Positions 51,758-64,000 of a stretch of 64,000 nucleotides of DNA are shown one piece after another; within the stretch, counting starts at the first letter, position 1, and every line of letters begins with the position of its first letter. Made by a program: the position numbers and the translations under genes. A model generated the notes under the pieces. It saw nothing but the letters and a program-made list of their open reading frames with translations. It ran no database searches and was not told the origin of the DNA. Source of the DNA: Paraspadella gotoi (taxonomy: Eukaryota > Animalia > Chaetognatha); NCBI GenBank assembly GCA_051294375.1, contig CM119263.1, positions 23,851,413 to 23,915,412 of the forward strand, given 5' to 3'.

Positions 51758-52203
51758 ATAAAGTTTATATGAAATTGGTAGCAACCAATATAAAAATTAT
51801 CCATTCATTTAATAAATAAGCTATCTTGCCCTGACTTTGGACAGGCTTTGGTGTTTAAGGCCTCCATCACTCTTACAAGATAATGACATAGCAGGTCCCT
51901 GCAAGCTTTCAATCAAGACTCTCTCACAGTCTTGTTTATTCACTCCCAGAGTACCTGCTTCCCCTATCAATGAAGTGGAAAATATTTCAAAGAATGTTTC
52001 ACATTGTATGAAAAGACCCAACTCCCTTAAGTATTAGATCGGGGAATACTTATTGTACTCCGCACTAGCATCAAAATACAAAGGAGCTGAATTTATGAAA
52101 TTGGTACAAACCAATATAAAAAATTACCATTCATTTAATAAATAAGGCTATCTTGCCCCTGACTTTGGACAGGCTTTGGTGGTTTAAGGTATAAAGTTTA
52201 TAT
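51758..52203 (+). mobile_element. Penelope-like element remnant (GIY-YIG endonuclease region) in A-B-A partial tandem
   Basis: ~95-bp direct repeats 51768-51860 and 52094-52189; flanking 13-bp direct repeat ATAAAGTTTATAT; frameshifted translation KLSCPDFGQALVFKASITLTR..HSRSCKL..SLVIHSQST..PIN..EN..MKRPNSL follows the PLE GIY-YIG pattern. Confidence 0.55.
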
Positions 52204-52435
52204 ATCGAGTTGATCGTCCGTTCCAATCGTGGTTAATGCAGTTTAATTATTATTGTTAAATAAATATATATATATATATATATTGTTAAATATTGTTTGT
52301 CAACAGAACGTCTTGAACGGAACAGTTGGCCCTCTTTTCAAAAGTCCACATAGTCTGCGTTACAAATTCATGTCCCCGAGGATATGGAAGAGTAATCCTT
52401 GAGACAAACGATGTTTGACTCTCTCTCTCTCTCTG

Positions 52436-52481
<46 letters not shown>

Positions 52482-52900
52482 ATCTCATTCGGTTGATGCC
52501 ATTAGGCTTAAGCTTCTTACTCGAAATATCTCAAATTCTATTAAATCGCTCCCTGAAGGTTGCACACAACTCTTTTCAAAACCTGGAACGGCGAATTACG
52601 CCAGTTGCGCTCGTCATCTACTCTCTCCCTCTCTCTGTGTCTCTTTTTTCATTATTTCACTCTCTTCTCATCTCTCCTTCTCCTCTCTCTCCTCTCTCTC
52701 TCTCATCTTCTTCTTCTCTCTCTCTCTCTCTCTCAACCCTTTCTGGCCTCGAGGCTCAGATCCCGCGGGCGACTTCCGGTTCAGCGACGCGCGCTCCTTC
52801 ATCCTTAACCTCGCGACGAGAAGCTTTTTTTTTTGTACGGACGACCGCACGGACAGAGAGACGGAGGGATTGAAAAGACGGACTTATAGGAGAGAGAGCA

Positions 52901-52968
<68 letters not shown>

Positions 52969-54579
52969 TTAAGTAAGTGGTCCTTTCCTATTCCATTGAA
53001 TCGGCCAAAGACCTTATCGTAGACAACAACTACTATTCTATGCGGAGAGAGATAGACGCTTCTCATTATCATAGAGAAGGAATTCTCTGTTTTGACCGAT
53101 ATATATAAAAAAAAAAAAAAAAAACTCCCACTCGTAATCAAGCATATATAGGGCATCAGGGCGCCGAGTCTCTGATAGACCGTATTTAATCGGGTTTTTT
53201 TAAGAGACAGTCGGTCGGTCGTCGCATGTGTGTCCGTCGGTCTGTCCCACTTACCTTTAAAAATGCTCAATGAGCATTGTTAGTACAGAAAAAAAACCTA
53301 TAATCTAAGGGACTGCTAGCGCCGCCTTCAGGAAATCCTAAAAACATAAAGGATAAAAGACGTAGTTTCGTGTCAGGCTAAGAAAGTTATTGTAATCATG
53401 TCATGTCATATCACGTCATGTCACATATCACTCAATAGTCATGTCACGAGAAATACACGTGAAAATAAAGGCTCTGCGGCGCAACATATTGGATGAACCG
53501 ATCTTGTTCTTTTTTTTATCGTTTTATCTTAATTGAATGTCACTTTCTTTTCAGGTTTCTCTCCTTTATCGCTTTAACGAATAATTGCTATGTTGATTTT
53601 TAAATTAGTTCCTAGCGTCAACTACGTATTAATAGGCCAAAATGTCACTATTTCCAATATTAATTAATTTGACAAGGCCCACTGTGCCACACAGCACCCT
53701 TAGTAGTCGCTCTACGCTTGACGATTCCGCGGGAAAATGTGAGCGCACGATCTCCTCCAACTACCTCTTAGTACCAGCGACGAGAATGCAAATGAATGTT
53801 TCACGAGATAAGAGACTTGAGAGGAAAATGGGGAAAAAAATGGCGCAAGATTCACGGAGGTAAAGTAATGTGGAATCCAGAAACGGATCGATTTAATGGA
53901 AATAAACAAGAGAAGAAAAATAAAGGAGAAAGAAAATATGAGAAAGAAGGACATCAATTTGGTCGCGTGAAGAGCGTGAATATTTTCCTCGCTTGGCTTC
54001 ACTTCTATGGACGCCGACTTCGCTCCAACTTCCAAATTGTTTTTTTCGCTTTGCTTGCTTGTTCGTTCGTTCGTTCGTTCGNNNNNNNNNNTTGATTGGT
54101 TTGCATGATTGTAGGTTTCCATTTTTTTCCATTTGCTTTGTTTGCATTTTAGTTTATTTCGTATGGTTTTTTTTTCTTGATCACTTTGTTCAGTCGTATT
54201 ATTCGTTTGCGCGATCCTTCGTTCTGTGTATTAGCATTTTGGTTCGGTTCCTTTTGTTCAAACGTTCCCATTGTTTGCTCCTTCGTTCCCTGAGTTCGTT
54301 TGCTTTGGTTTTGCTTCTCGTTTTCTCGTTCGACTTTCTCCCGTCTCGTTTGAGGAAATATTTATCGCTTCCTTGGATTTATAACTTTTCACTCTCGACC
54401 GCGAAATTTCTACTTCGCGTTTTCCTTGAGATCATCCATCGTCATGTCGAACATTCGCTTTATCAACATCATCGGCTACATCGTTATCAATTATCAGCAT
54501 CATCATCCCTTAAAACATAAGCAACCATTCAGCATGAAGATCTTTATTGTCGACATCGTCCTCCGACGTCCTCGTTACG

Positions 54580-54648
<69 letters not shown>
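54580..54648 (+). repeat. (CAT)n microsatellite
   Basis: Direct reading; source of the poly-His and poly-Ile ORFs. Confidence 0.98.
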
Positions 54649-54652
<4 letters not shown>

Positions 54653-55811
54653 AAGACTGCATATCCTCAATATACAAAGTTTATTCCGTTTTTTCGCCGC
54701 AGCTTAAAATCAAGGCTGCGTTCGGTTTCCAATTTCCCCCCATTTTTTTTTCTCCCTGGAGATTTTTTCCTACCGCCTCTGTCTCCTTAATTCAATTTTC
54801 CGTTTCTTTTGCTTCCTTTTTCTTTCATCGGGTTCAGGCCACCTGACTTGGGTTTTTTTTTCTTTTGCCAAAATCGTTTCCGACCTTTTTTTTTTTTTGA
54901 GTTTTGATTTTCGGGAGAGAGCGAATTCGAAAAGTTGGAACGCGTTCTTTGCAGGAGTCGATTAATGAAATTAATTTTCTAGTTTTGATTTTGATTTTTA
55001 TATTTATATTTTGCATTTGATTCTTCCCCCGCCCCAATTTATTCAAGGCGATATTTGTGATTAGCAAAGTATTTCTTTTACTTAACATTGACGTCATAAC
55101 TTGATTATGATAAAATTTGTTTCCTCTACGTAAAAAAAAATCCATTTTCACATTTCAAACGATTTTTTTTTCTAATTTTCCAATTCATTTTTAACTATCC
55201 TGATATTTTTCACATTCGTTCATTATTAATTTTAAATTACTTTTTCATTCCATTATTTTTCTTATTCATTTTTGCCATTTTATCGCCATTTTCTTGAACC
55301 CTTTTTATTCCGTCTTGTTATACCACTTTGTTTCACTCCTCTGTATTTTTATCTTTTTTTTTAAATTCTCTCTTTGTTCCCGTTTTCCCCGTTCGTGACA
55401 GTGGCGTTTCTCTTTTTCCTCATTGGCGAACAGCGCCTCTACCAGATCTTTCGGATCAATTGATTCCCTCTTTCAATTAATTTTCCCTTTTTTTTTTTTC
55501 CTCCCCGAGGGAATAAATGGATTTTGAGTCCAGGTTTAAATAAAGCGTGATTTAATCTCGACGATTTTAATGCGACTAAAGTCTAAATTAAAAAACCAAG
55601 TGGCGAGTCATTTTTATTTGACACTAGAAAGAATGGAGAATATCGTGAGTTCTAGAGACTTTTTTTCAAGAGTTGTCGTTGTAAATCAAGCTTAACTCCC
55701 GCTTTACAATCTAAAGGAGATTTTCTTGTTTATTTGTTTACAATGATAACTTTCATCGTAAAACTGCAAAAAAGAAATCCTTGAAGGCTGGCGAATCTAA
55801 GCCACAAAGCC

Positions 55812-55842
<31 letters not shown>

Positions 55843-56578
55843 CCTCCCTCCTCTCCCTCTCTTCTTCATCCTCCTCTCTCTCCTCTCCCTTCTCTCTTTC
55901 TTCTTCTTTCCATTACTCCCGCTGCCAAGTTGCATCGTTTTCCTCACCCAACGGGAGCTCGATTCGCCTCCGCCATTCAACCTCGTCTGGTAACCCTCAC
56001 CCTCAGAACTGCGTTCCACCTCCGATCCCGCCCATGGTAGTTCCACCCTCGCAACGATAACCCTTAACCCTCAGTCGGAGCGATAACCCTTTTCTCCGCG
56101 GTCTTCGTTTCCAGCGTCTCCGAATTCTTTCGCCCACCAAACTTTCCCTTCCCCTTACCCTTCCCTCTTCCCCTAGACCTTACCTCGATTTAATAACCGC
56201 GGGGCGTTCCGATTTCTCTATCGCAGTCTACGCGCGACGCCGGCTTCTATTTTCCATTCCGCGTCCACGGCCGAGGCGAAGACGAAGACGACGACGATCG
56301 CAAAGACGATAACGACGACGACGACGACGACGACGGTAAAAATGTAGGGAGTTCCAAGACAGGTCCTTCGATGAAAATTTATAAAAAACTATCGTTTGTG
56401 AATTAAGAGAAAGATGACAAATTCAAGGAATCGACAAGAGTTAGACCGTTACAAAAAAAATTATAATCCCACAAAAACTTAAAAAGAGAAAAAATGACAA
56501 TTTTCTCTTTCTTGAAGATAATGACTTTCATAACTGCCACCGCTGCCTCAAGACAAAAAAAAAAAAAAACCACCACGG

Positions 56579-56708
56579 TACTAAAGCCTCTTTTTTTTCC
56601 GTTGACCCAGTGATGAGCACAGGATGACTATGTATGACGACGACGACGACAACGACGACGACGAGTCTTCCCTCCTCCGCAACGTTATCAGTGATTACTA
56701 AAGCCTCT
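56579..56708 (-). mobile_element. Short insertion with 13-bp direct repeats and a T-run at one end (possible retroposed fragment)
   Basis: TACTAAAGCCTCT at 56579-56591 and 56696-56708; T-run directly inside the left repeat; internal (GAC)n. Confidence 0.35.
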
Positions 56709-57488
56709 CTGCAATTTTTATAGACCGCAGGCGGCGCAAGCGGCGAAAGAGGATGACGGCGCCCGCTCAGTGTATAAACGATTCGAGGCCCGTCCCGCGC
56801 ATCGTGCACGCGTCTCGCACGCGCCGTGCACGCCCCGTACACGCCCCACGACGTCCCGCCGTGCATCTGTCAGTTTCCCTCGCGCATCTGTCTCTCCGGG
56901 CATCGCTTAATCCCAGCGTAATCCGGCGAGCGTCGGTAAATCCATGCTAGAGGGTGCTTGTTGCCGTTCGTGTGTGCAAAACTGTGCATTTCTTGAATAC
57001 TCGTTTTCTTCACTACGATTACAAGTACGACCGCACATTTACAGTAGTATAACTCAAAATTCATACATACGTACATCGGAGTAACTTTTTTATGCGACCA
57101 CCTGGATACGACTATTTAATCTGACATCAACTCGTTTCGGGAAGAAGAAATCTGGAGGTCGCGATAATTGCAATGGCGTCAACGAATGAATAGCAATGTG
57201 GATTAAAAGCGAATTAGAATTACTCGAAGTGAATTACGGTCGAAGCGATGTCACCTCGAAACTTCCATGATATCGAGATTAATGCATTTGTTAAATGCCA
57301 CAAAATTAGCGAGGTGAAGTCTTTTTTCAAAGGTCACGCTAGGCCATTTCATGTTGTGTCACGTGATGTCAAAATAGTCGCCGTCGGCGTCGAATTTGAC
57401 TTCGAAGGTCGACGCTTTTTTCCTTCGTCTCAAATTCGCTTCACCGACGATTTTCTTTTTATCCTTCGTCGGGGATTTTCTGGCTTAG

Positions 57489-58400
57489 ACTCCGACCTCG
57501 GTGACGACTCTAATGTTGATGATGACGACGATGCAGACTCCGGACCTCGGTGACGACTCTAAATGTTGATGATGACGACCGATGCCGACAACTACTCGGT
57601 GATGACTTCTAATGTCGTTGATGCGACGACGACCTCGGTGACGACTCTAATGTCGATGATGCCCGACGATGCCAACGACGACCCTCGGTGACGACTCTAA
57701 TGTCGTGATGACGACGATGGACAACGACCTCGATGATGACTTCTAATGTAATGATGACGACGATGCCAACAACGACCTCGGGTGACGACTCTAATGTCGA
57801 TATGCCGACGATAGCCCGACGACGAACTCGGTTGAGGACTCTAATGCTGATGATGATGAAGAAGAGAACGACGACTGCCGACGATACGACCTCGGTGATG
57901 ACTCTAATGTGATGATGATGACGATGCCGACGACGAACCTTGATAGATGACGAGAGATGCAGACTCCGACCTCGGTGACGACTCTAATGTAGATGATGAG
58001 ACAATGCCGACGATGACTTGGGATGACTTTAATGTCGATGATGACGACGATGCCGAAGACGACCTCGGTTGAGAACTCTAATGCTGATGATGATGATGAA
58101 GAAGAAGACGATGCCGACGACGACCTCGGTGACGACTCTAATGTAGATGATGACGACGATGCGGACGACGACCTTGGTGACGACTCTAATGTCATTGATG
58201 ACGATGAAAAAGATGATGATGCCTACAACGATGAAGATGACCACCTTGATAACAACTCTAATATTGATGACATCAACGAAGAAAACAACAATGTCGACAA
58301 TGACCTCAGTGATGACTCTAATGTTGATGACGACGACGTAGAAGACGACGATGCTGACGATAACCTCGGTGACAACTCTAAAATAAAATTTACAAAATAA
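57489..58400 (+). CDS. Asp-rich tandem-repeat reading frame (48-bp unit, DLGDDSNVDDDDDADD), frameshifted in its 5' half; candidate exon or minisatellite
   Basis: Unit gacctcggtgacgactctaatgtNgatgatgacgacgatgcNgacgac; ORFs 57248..57553 and 58023..58400 carry the same peptide; TTAG at 57485-57488 precedes the first unit; stop at 58398-58400. The repeat is certain, coding status is not. Confidence 0.45.
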
Positions 58401-58711
58401 GAATTTAATACTTTGCGTCTAAAAACGTCAAAATAACAAAGATTCATGTACATATAAAATGTTAGGAAATCGCAGCGGCGTGGAGAAAGATGACTTTAAC
58501 AACAACGACGACGATGACTATGCAGAAAATCCTGATCGCATAACAAATTCGATAAAATCAAGATTCGCTTTTTTCTCGTTGCCCGTGCGAAAACTTGTTC
58601 GACGATGGGTGTCAATCACCCGAAATATCGCGATCATAAAAGCGCGAGGATTCTAATCTTTGAGGATCGTTTTTTATTTCCCTGTCAAGCTTTCCTTCCC
58701 GCTGAGTTGCG

Positions 58712-59028
58712 NNNNNNNNNNNNNNNNNNNNNNNNNNNNNNNNNNNNNNNNNNNNNNNNNNNNNNNNNNNNNNNNNNNNNNNNNNNNNNNNNNNNNNNNN
58801 NNNNNNNNNNNNNNNNNNNNNNNNNNNNNNNNNNNNNNNNNNNNNNNNNNNNNNNNNNNNNNNNNNNNNNNNNNNNNNNNNNNNNNNNNNNNNNNNNNNN
58901 NNNNNNNNNNNNNNNNNNNNNNNNNNNNNNNNNNNNNNNNNNNNNNNNNNNNNNNNNNNNNNNNNNNNNNNNNNNNNNNNNNNNNNNNNNNNNNNNNNNN
59001 NNNNNNNNNNNNNNNNNNNNNNNNNNNN
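58712..59028. other. Assembly gap (others: 10443-10701, 15708-15814, 16065-16158, 54082-54091; exact 25-N junctions at 11050, 17047, 32662, 40818, 43818, 49458)
   Basis: N runs read directly. Confidence 0.99.
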
Positions 59029-59960
59029 CTTTCTTTCTTTTTCTCTCTCTCTCTCTCTCTCCCTCCTCACAAAATCTCGACTTCTAGTGTCTTCGTTTCC
59101 CAAAAGAAAACATTTCCCAGTGAATGCGCTCTCTCAAATCCCAGTTTCTCTTAACCTTTTCCTTCGCTTCGCCTTTTTCTTTGACCCGCGCCAAACACTC
59201 TAAATCTCGAGAGATAGTTCTAGGACAGACTGACAGACATAGCCTACACAGACAATCAGACTCAAAAATTTCGTAGGAGGGAGTGCGAGAGAGCGAGAGA
59301 GACAGAGAAGTCTATCGGGGCAAACCGCAGGCTATCTTGACCTCGTCGAAGGTATAAATACACCGTATACTTTTTTCCCCTTTTTTCCGGCCAAACTGCG
59401 ATGGGTGAGGTCAAGGTCTGAGTCAGAACTGAGAACGAGACATCCGCGATCTTTTCCGAATGTCTGCTCCAAAAAAAAAAGACGGGACTGAATATCAATG
59501 AAGTTGAGTTGCAGTTGGAAAGCGTCAGATGGCGCCAGAAATGATTTGGTTCAATAACGTTTCCGATGATTTTTTTTTATAATTAAGTTTACATACGTAC
59601 ATATAAAGATTAAATTCGCGGTTTAATTTATTTATAGGGCAGTATCTTATAATTTAGTTTTTGCTCGCACAAATTTTCAGTAATTGCTCAACATTAGCCA
59701 ATTAGCCTAAATGCATTATCCATTGTAAATCGGTGAGTTTTCCAAACTCTCTCTCTCTCTCTTTCTCTCTCTCACTCCCTCTCGCTCTCTTTCTCTTTTT
59801 CTGGTTGAATTCGAGAGACGAAACTCGATTCTCCGTGGGATTTTTTTATGGCGTTGGAAGACGAGTTTTCTTGTCTGATGGCAGACGATAGCAGGCACAC
59901 AGCTTCTTCGCTAAAATTGAGGGCGGATCGTTATTCCTGTTAAGCGTTTCTTAACATAAA

Positions 59961-60084
59961 GACTGTAGAGCTCTGAGGAACCAGTTCGGACTCAACCGCA
60001 GGAGCTCTGCAGTCGGAACCTGTGGAAGACGGGTTTACAAAACTGAACATAAAACGAAAAAACTAAACTAAACTAAACTAAACT
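59961..60084 (+). mobile_element. Probable LINE/SINE 3' end: stem-loop followed by (AAACT)n tail
   Basis: GACTGTAGAGCTC (59961-59973) pairs with GAGCTCTGCAGTC (60002-60014); AAACT x5 at ~60060-60084. Confidence 0.4.
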
Positions 60085-60200
60085 GTACTAACCGAACAAA
60101 GTCTCTGAAGTCGCTTGTCCTTCGTAAATCAAAAAAAATATAAATATGATTAAAAAAAATAAATTAAGCGATGGAATTTTTTCTTTGATTCTTTCTTCTA

Positions 60201-60762
60201 CTATCTAGGGAAAAAGGTATATCACATAATTGTTGAAAAATTCCATTTATTCAATAAAAAATATATAAAATATGGCATCAATATATAAAATATAGCATCA
60301 ACAACTGCCTGCATTTGTCTGGGCATACTCTTGTACAGCAAATTGAGGTATGACTGAAATGTTTTTTTTCCATACCTTTAGCACAATTTTTTTCAGCCCT
60401 GCTGCTGTTATTAAGCGTCTTTCCTTTTTCTGAGAGCTACAATGATATCTTTTTTATGAACCAAATTCCTAAATTAAAAAAAAATGAAAAAAATAACTAA
60501 TTCAATTTGATCTAAAAACAAATACTTTAATACTAAAACTAGTAAAAAACTAAACATGATTTTTTTGGCCATTTTATGCTTCAGGTAATAATTTTTTTTG
60601 CCTCTAACTTCTAAACGCTTTGACCTACAAAAAAAATGGAAGGAAGTTACTTAAAAAAAAATTTCACGTAGATTCTAAAACATTCTGATTTTTAAAAAAA
60701 TAAAACAAGTTTTCGAGTAGATATCCTTCACTAAAATTGTGACATACTTTTTCCCTAGATGG
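60201..60762 (-). mobile_element. Internally deleted Tc1-family transposon with transposase C-terminal remnant
   Basis: TA|CTATCTAGGGAAAAAGGTATATCACA ... TGTGACATACTTTTTCCCTAGATGG|TA; minus strand 60296-60470 encodes ..KVWEK../QSYLNLLYKSMPRQMQAVVDA, matching the Tc1 DD34E C-terminal SMPxRxxAV motif. Confidence 0.85.
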
Positions 60763-60862
60763 TATTTTATTTTAATTTTTCTTCTTCTTTTCTTCGACAA
60801 TTTCTCTGATTCGATTCCTCTCTCATTTTTCTTCCCGGATTTATTTTTTGTTCTTTTTTTTT

Positions 60863-61412
60863 TGTTCTCATATTTTCTCTCTTAATTTTTCTTCTCATAA
60901 TTTTTTGGGGGCGAAAATGAATATGAAAGGAACGAGACGGACGCGTGGTTAGGGCGAGTCGTGCTCGATTCTAGTCGATTAGCAACATCCAACGCCGACT
61001 ACCACATGAGATGCCATTCGAATATCACACTCCAAATTGCATATGTGCCTCTCAAATCCGAATCGCATTGCATACGTCCCTCTCACATCCGAATCTCATT
61101 GCATACGTGCCTCCCACATCCGCGCTCCATCGACGGATCTTTTTTTTTTCTTCTCATATTTTCTCTCTTCATTTGTCTTCTCATAATTTTTCGGGGTCGA
61201 AAATGAATATAAAAGGAACAAGACGGACGCCTGGTTAGGGCGAGTCGCGCTCGATTCTAGTCGATTAGCAACATCCAACGCCGACTACCACGTGAGATGC
61301 CGTTCGAATATCACACTCCGAATTGCATTGCATACGTGCTTCTCACATCCGAATCCGCAGTTGCATACGTCCTCCCACATCCGCGCTCCATCGACGGATC
61401 TTTTTTTTTTCT
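60863..61412 (+). repeat. Tandem duplication with ~286-bp period containing ~28-bp subrepeats (TTGCATACGTNCCTCTCACATCCG)
   Basis: 60961 aligns with 61247; copies differ by substitutions and subrepeat number, not homopolymer noise. Confidence 0.9.
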
Positions 61413-62224
61413 CCTCGCTGTCGCTTCATCTTTGAGGTTAATGGCGACAAAAATGACGCCTCCCGAGAGAGAATCATGTATTCCTCCCCTTTCCCCATTT
61501 TTTTTTTTTCTTATTTCGCCTCCCGTCGTCTTTCTCACCCTATTAGCCGCCATCCTTGTCCGCATTCTTCACTCGCTCGGCTGTTATTAGCTGCCATTGC
61601 AGGCTATGTATCCTTTTTTTTTAAGAACCATTATTATTGCGTGGCCATTATCCATTTTCCACTTCGTTATGAAAACCTCAGCTACGTCGTGACGGTTGCT
61701 GTCATCTTCTCTTCTTTCGTTTCTCTCTCTAAGAATATATGTTCTTGAGCTCGTCATTAATATTTCCAGGGTCATCTTAAACGTTATTTATACGTAAGAA
61801 TGCTGAAGCGACTTCGACTTAACGATGGTCCTCCCAAACGTTACTCATATTTTATACAATATGTACTAAATAAACTTATCATGTGTCACATAATATTTCG
61901 TTATAATTATTAAACACCGCCGCTGCTCCGCTGCGGACGAAATTCGAAGCGGAGGCTGCGCCACTCAGCGCACTTTCTGCCCAGTTTCCCCAATGGTCAG
62001 TGACTCCCTCTCGCTTTCCCTTAAAATCCCCACTCCCCTCACCTCCCCCTAACCTCACCCCCGCGCCATTACCAGAGGGTTTAGTCGCCAGCGCGAAATT
62101 TTTTCCTGAATCGATTCGCGAGAAGAAAAAAAATGTGGCATTTGTGCAGTTTGCTGTCGAAGTCGTTGCCGTCGACGTGCAACGGGGAGTGGGAAAACGA
62201 GAGAGAGAGAGATATGGAGAGAGA

Positions 62225-62273
<49 letters not shown>

Positions 62274-62735
62274 GCGTTCGCCATTTTTATTTGCCTCCCC
62301 GGGGACAAACGTTTTCCCCATAATAGGGCCAGTTATTCGCTCCTTATTAAACCCATTATTGCGATCCTCGCGCGTGGCGACTTTACTCGTAAAGTCGTAC
62401 ACGCTCCGTCTTTCGTGCGATTAATACCGAGTTACGCATGCAATGCAGTAAACTCTTATTTCAAGTTTTAAAACAACGAGTTTCGCTTTACGTATGTCTT
62501 TATAATGCAATAAGGTAAATTAAAACGTCTAAAATCGAAATTCAAGTTTAAATAAACATCAGTTAATCGGTTATATGAAGAATTTACTTTTTTTTCCTCC
62601 TCTGTTTTGAATTGGCAAGCGTCCACTTAGGAATTCTTTCTGCCTCTTTGAGGAAAACGTTGTAAATGAAAATTCTCTGAATAAAAATAATGACTTGAAT
62701 GAAAAGAATTAAAGAAACGAGAGAGAATAAAGGAA

Positions 62736-62779
<44 letters not shown>

Positions 62780-62967
62780 AAAAATAATGAGAAAATACCC
62801 GCGAGGAACGAAGGAGATAGAAAAAGTCACGAGAGAAAAGGAAACAAAAAATCTGAAAAAAAATAAAAAAGGCTGTGAAATTTTTTTTTTGCGCTCGTAA
62901 CTGAATTCGCGATGAATGATGAAAAGTGAAGAGAGGGAAAGCTCGTGTCGTGCGCTCTCTCTCTCTT

Positions 62968-63600
<633 letters not shown>

Positions 63601-64000
63601 TTTAGGATTAGTCATTCATGTCATATATTATATATTAGTCCTATATGTCCACAATTTTATATTTTTATCGAAACGCGAACAAAGTAATAAATTATTAGCT
63701 ACGTATATTATTGAAAATTTCCCTTCCTTTCCTTTTCCATTTTGGTTTCTTTCGCGAGCGACTTCCCATTTGCCTTTTTTTTGTCTTTTGCAATTTTTAT
63801 GTCCTTTAGTTTCTATCTTTCTTGTTCCTTTTCTACAAGAAGTTTTTTTTTTTCATTTTGGTACCTTCGGCTAACACTTATCACAGCATCCGGCCACACT
63901 GCCTTTCTCTCCATCCCGACTTCCACCATCATCTCTGATTTGGCCTCTATATCCGCCTTCTTGTCCATCTCCTCCTCCTCCTCCTCCTCCTCCCCCTTCT

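Noticed and set aside
51821-52021. Minus ORF with LIESL..KSDGG resembling a Tc1 transposase C-terminus
   Set aside because: No TIRs or TA TSD; the + strand GIY-YIG reading explains more motifs and the A-B-A structure
54426-54846. Poly-His and poly-Ile ORFs, and the many ERER/LSLS/FFFF ORFs across the window
   Set aside because: Read-through of (CAT)n, (GA)n and pyrimidine tracts
55431-59538. CTCF-like cores CAGCGCCTCTAC (55431) and CAGATGGCGCCA (59526)
   Set aside because: Short partial matches expected by chance in 64 kb; no supporting context

Overview
AT-rich, CpG-unsuppressed, microsatellite-dense eukaryotic (probably invertebrate animal) scaffold from a gap-filled draft assembly. It has several exact 25-N junctions and long stretches that look like unpolished long-read sequence. 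No intact, confidently nameable gene is visible, and most ORFs in the track are microsatellite read-through. Well-supported elements: two nested non-autonomous hAT-type elements with perfect 8-bp TSDs (3306-6277 and 4224-5455), the inner one carrying a Penelope-type minimal hammerhead ribozyme motif; two Tc1/mariner-type elements with TA TSDs; a 5'-truncated zinc-finger-encoding LINE end with a structured 3' UTR and (GAC)n tail; a Penelope-like GIY-YIG remnant; and a 48-bp-unit repeat encoding a strongly Asp-rich reading frame. About 24 kb (17072-40817) is three further copies of the 5.8-17 kb region sharing identical indel noise, most likely an assembly artefact. Frameshifted candidate exons (type II membrane protein, sulfotransferase-like) are low-confidence calls. 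All family assignments come from motif recognition by eye; no database search was run.
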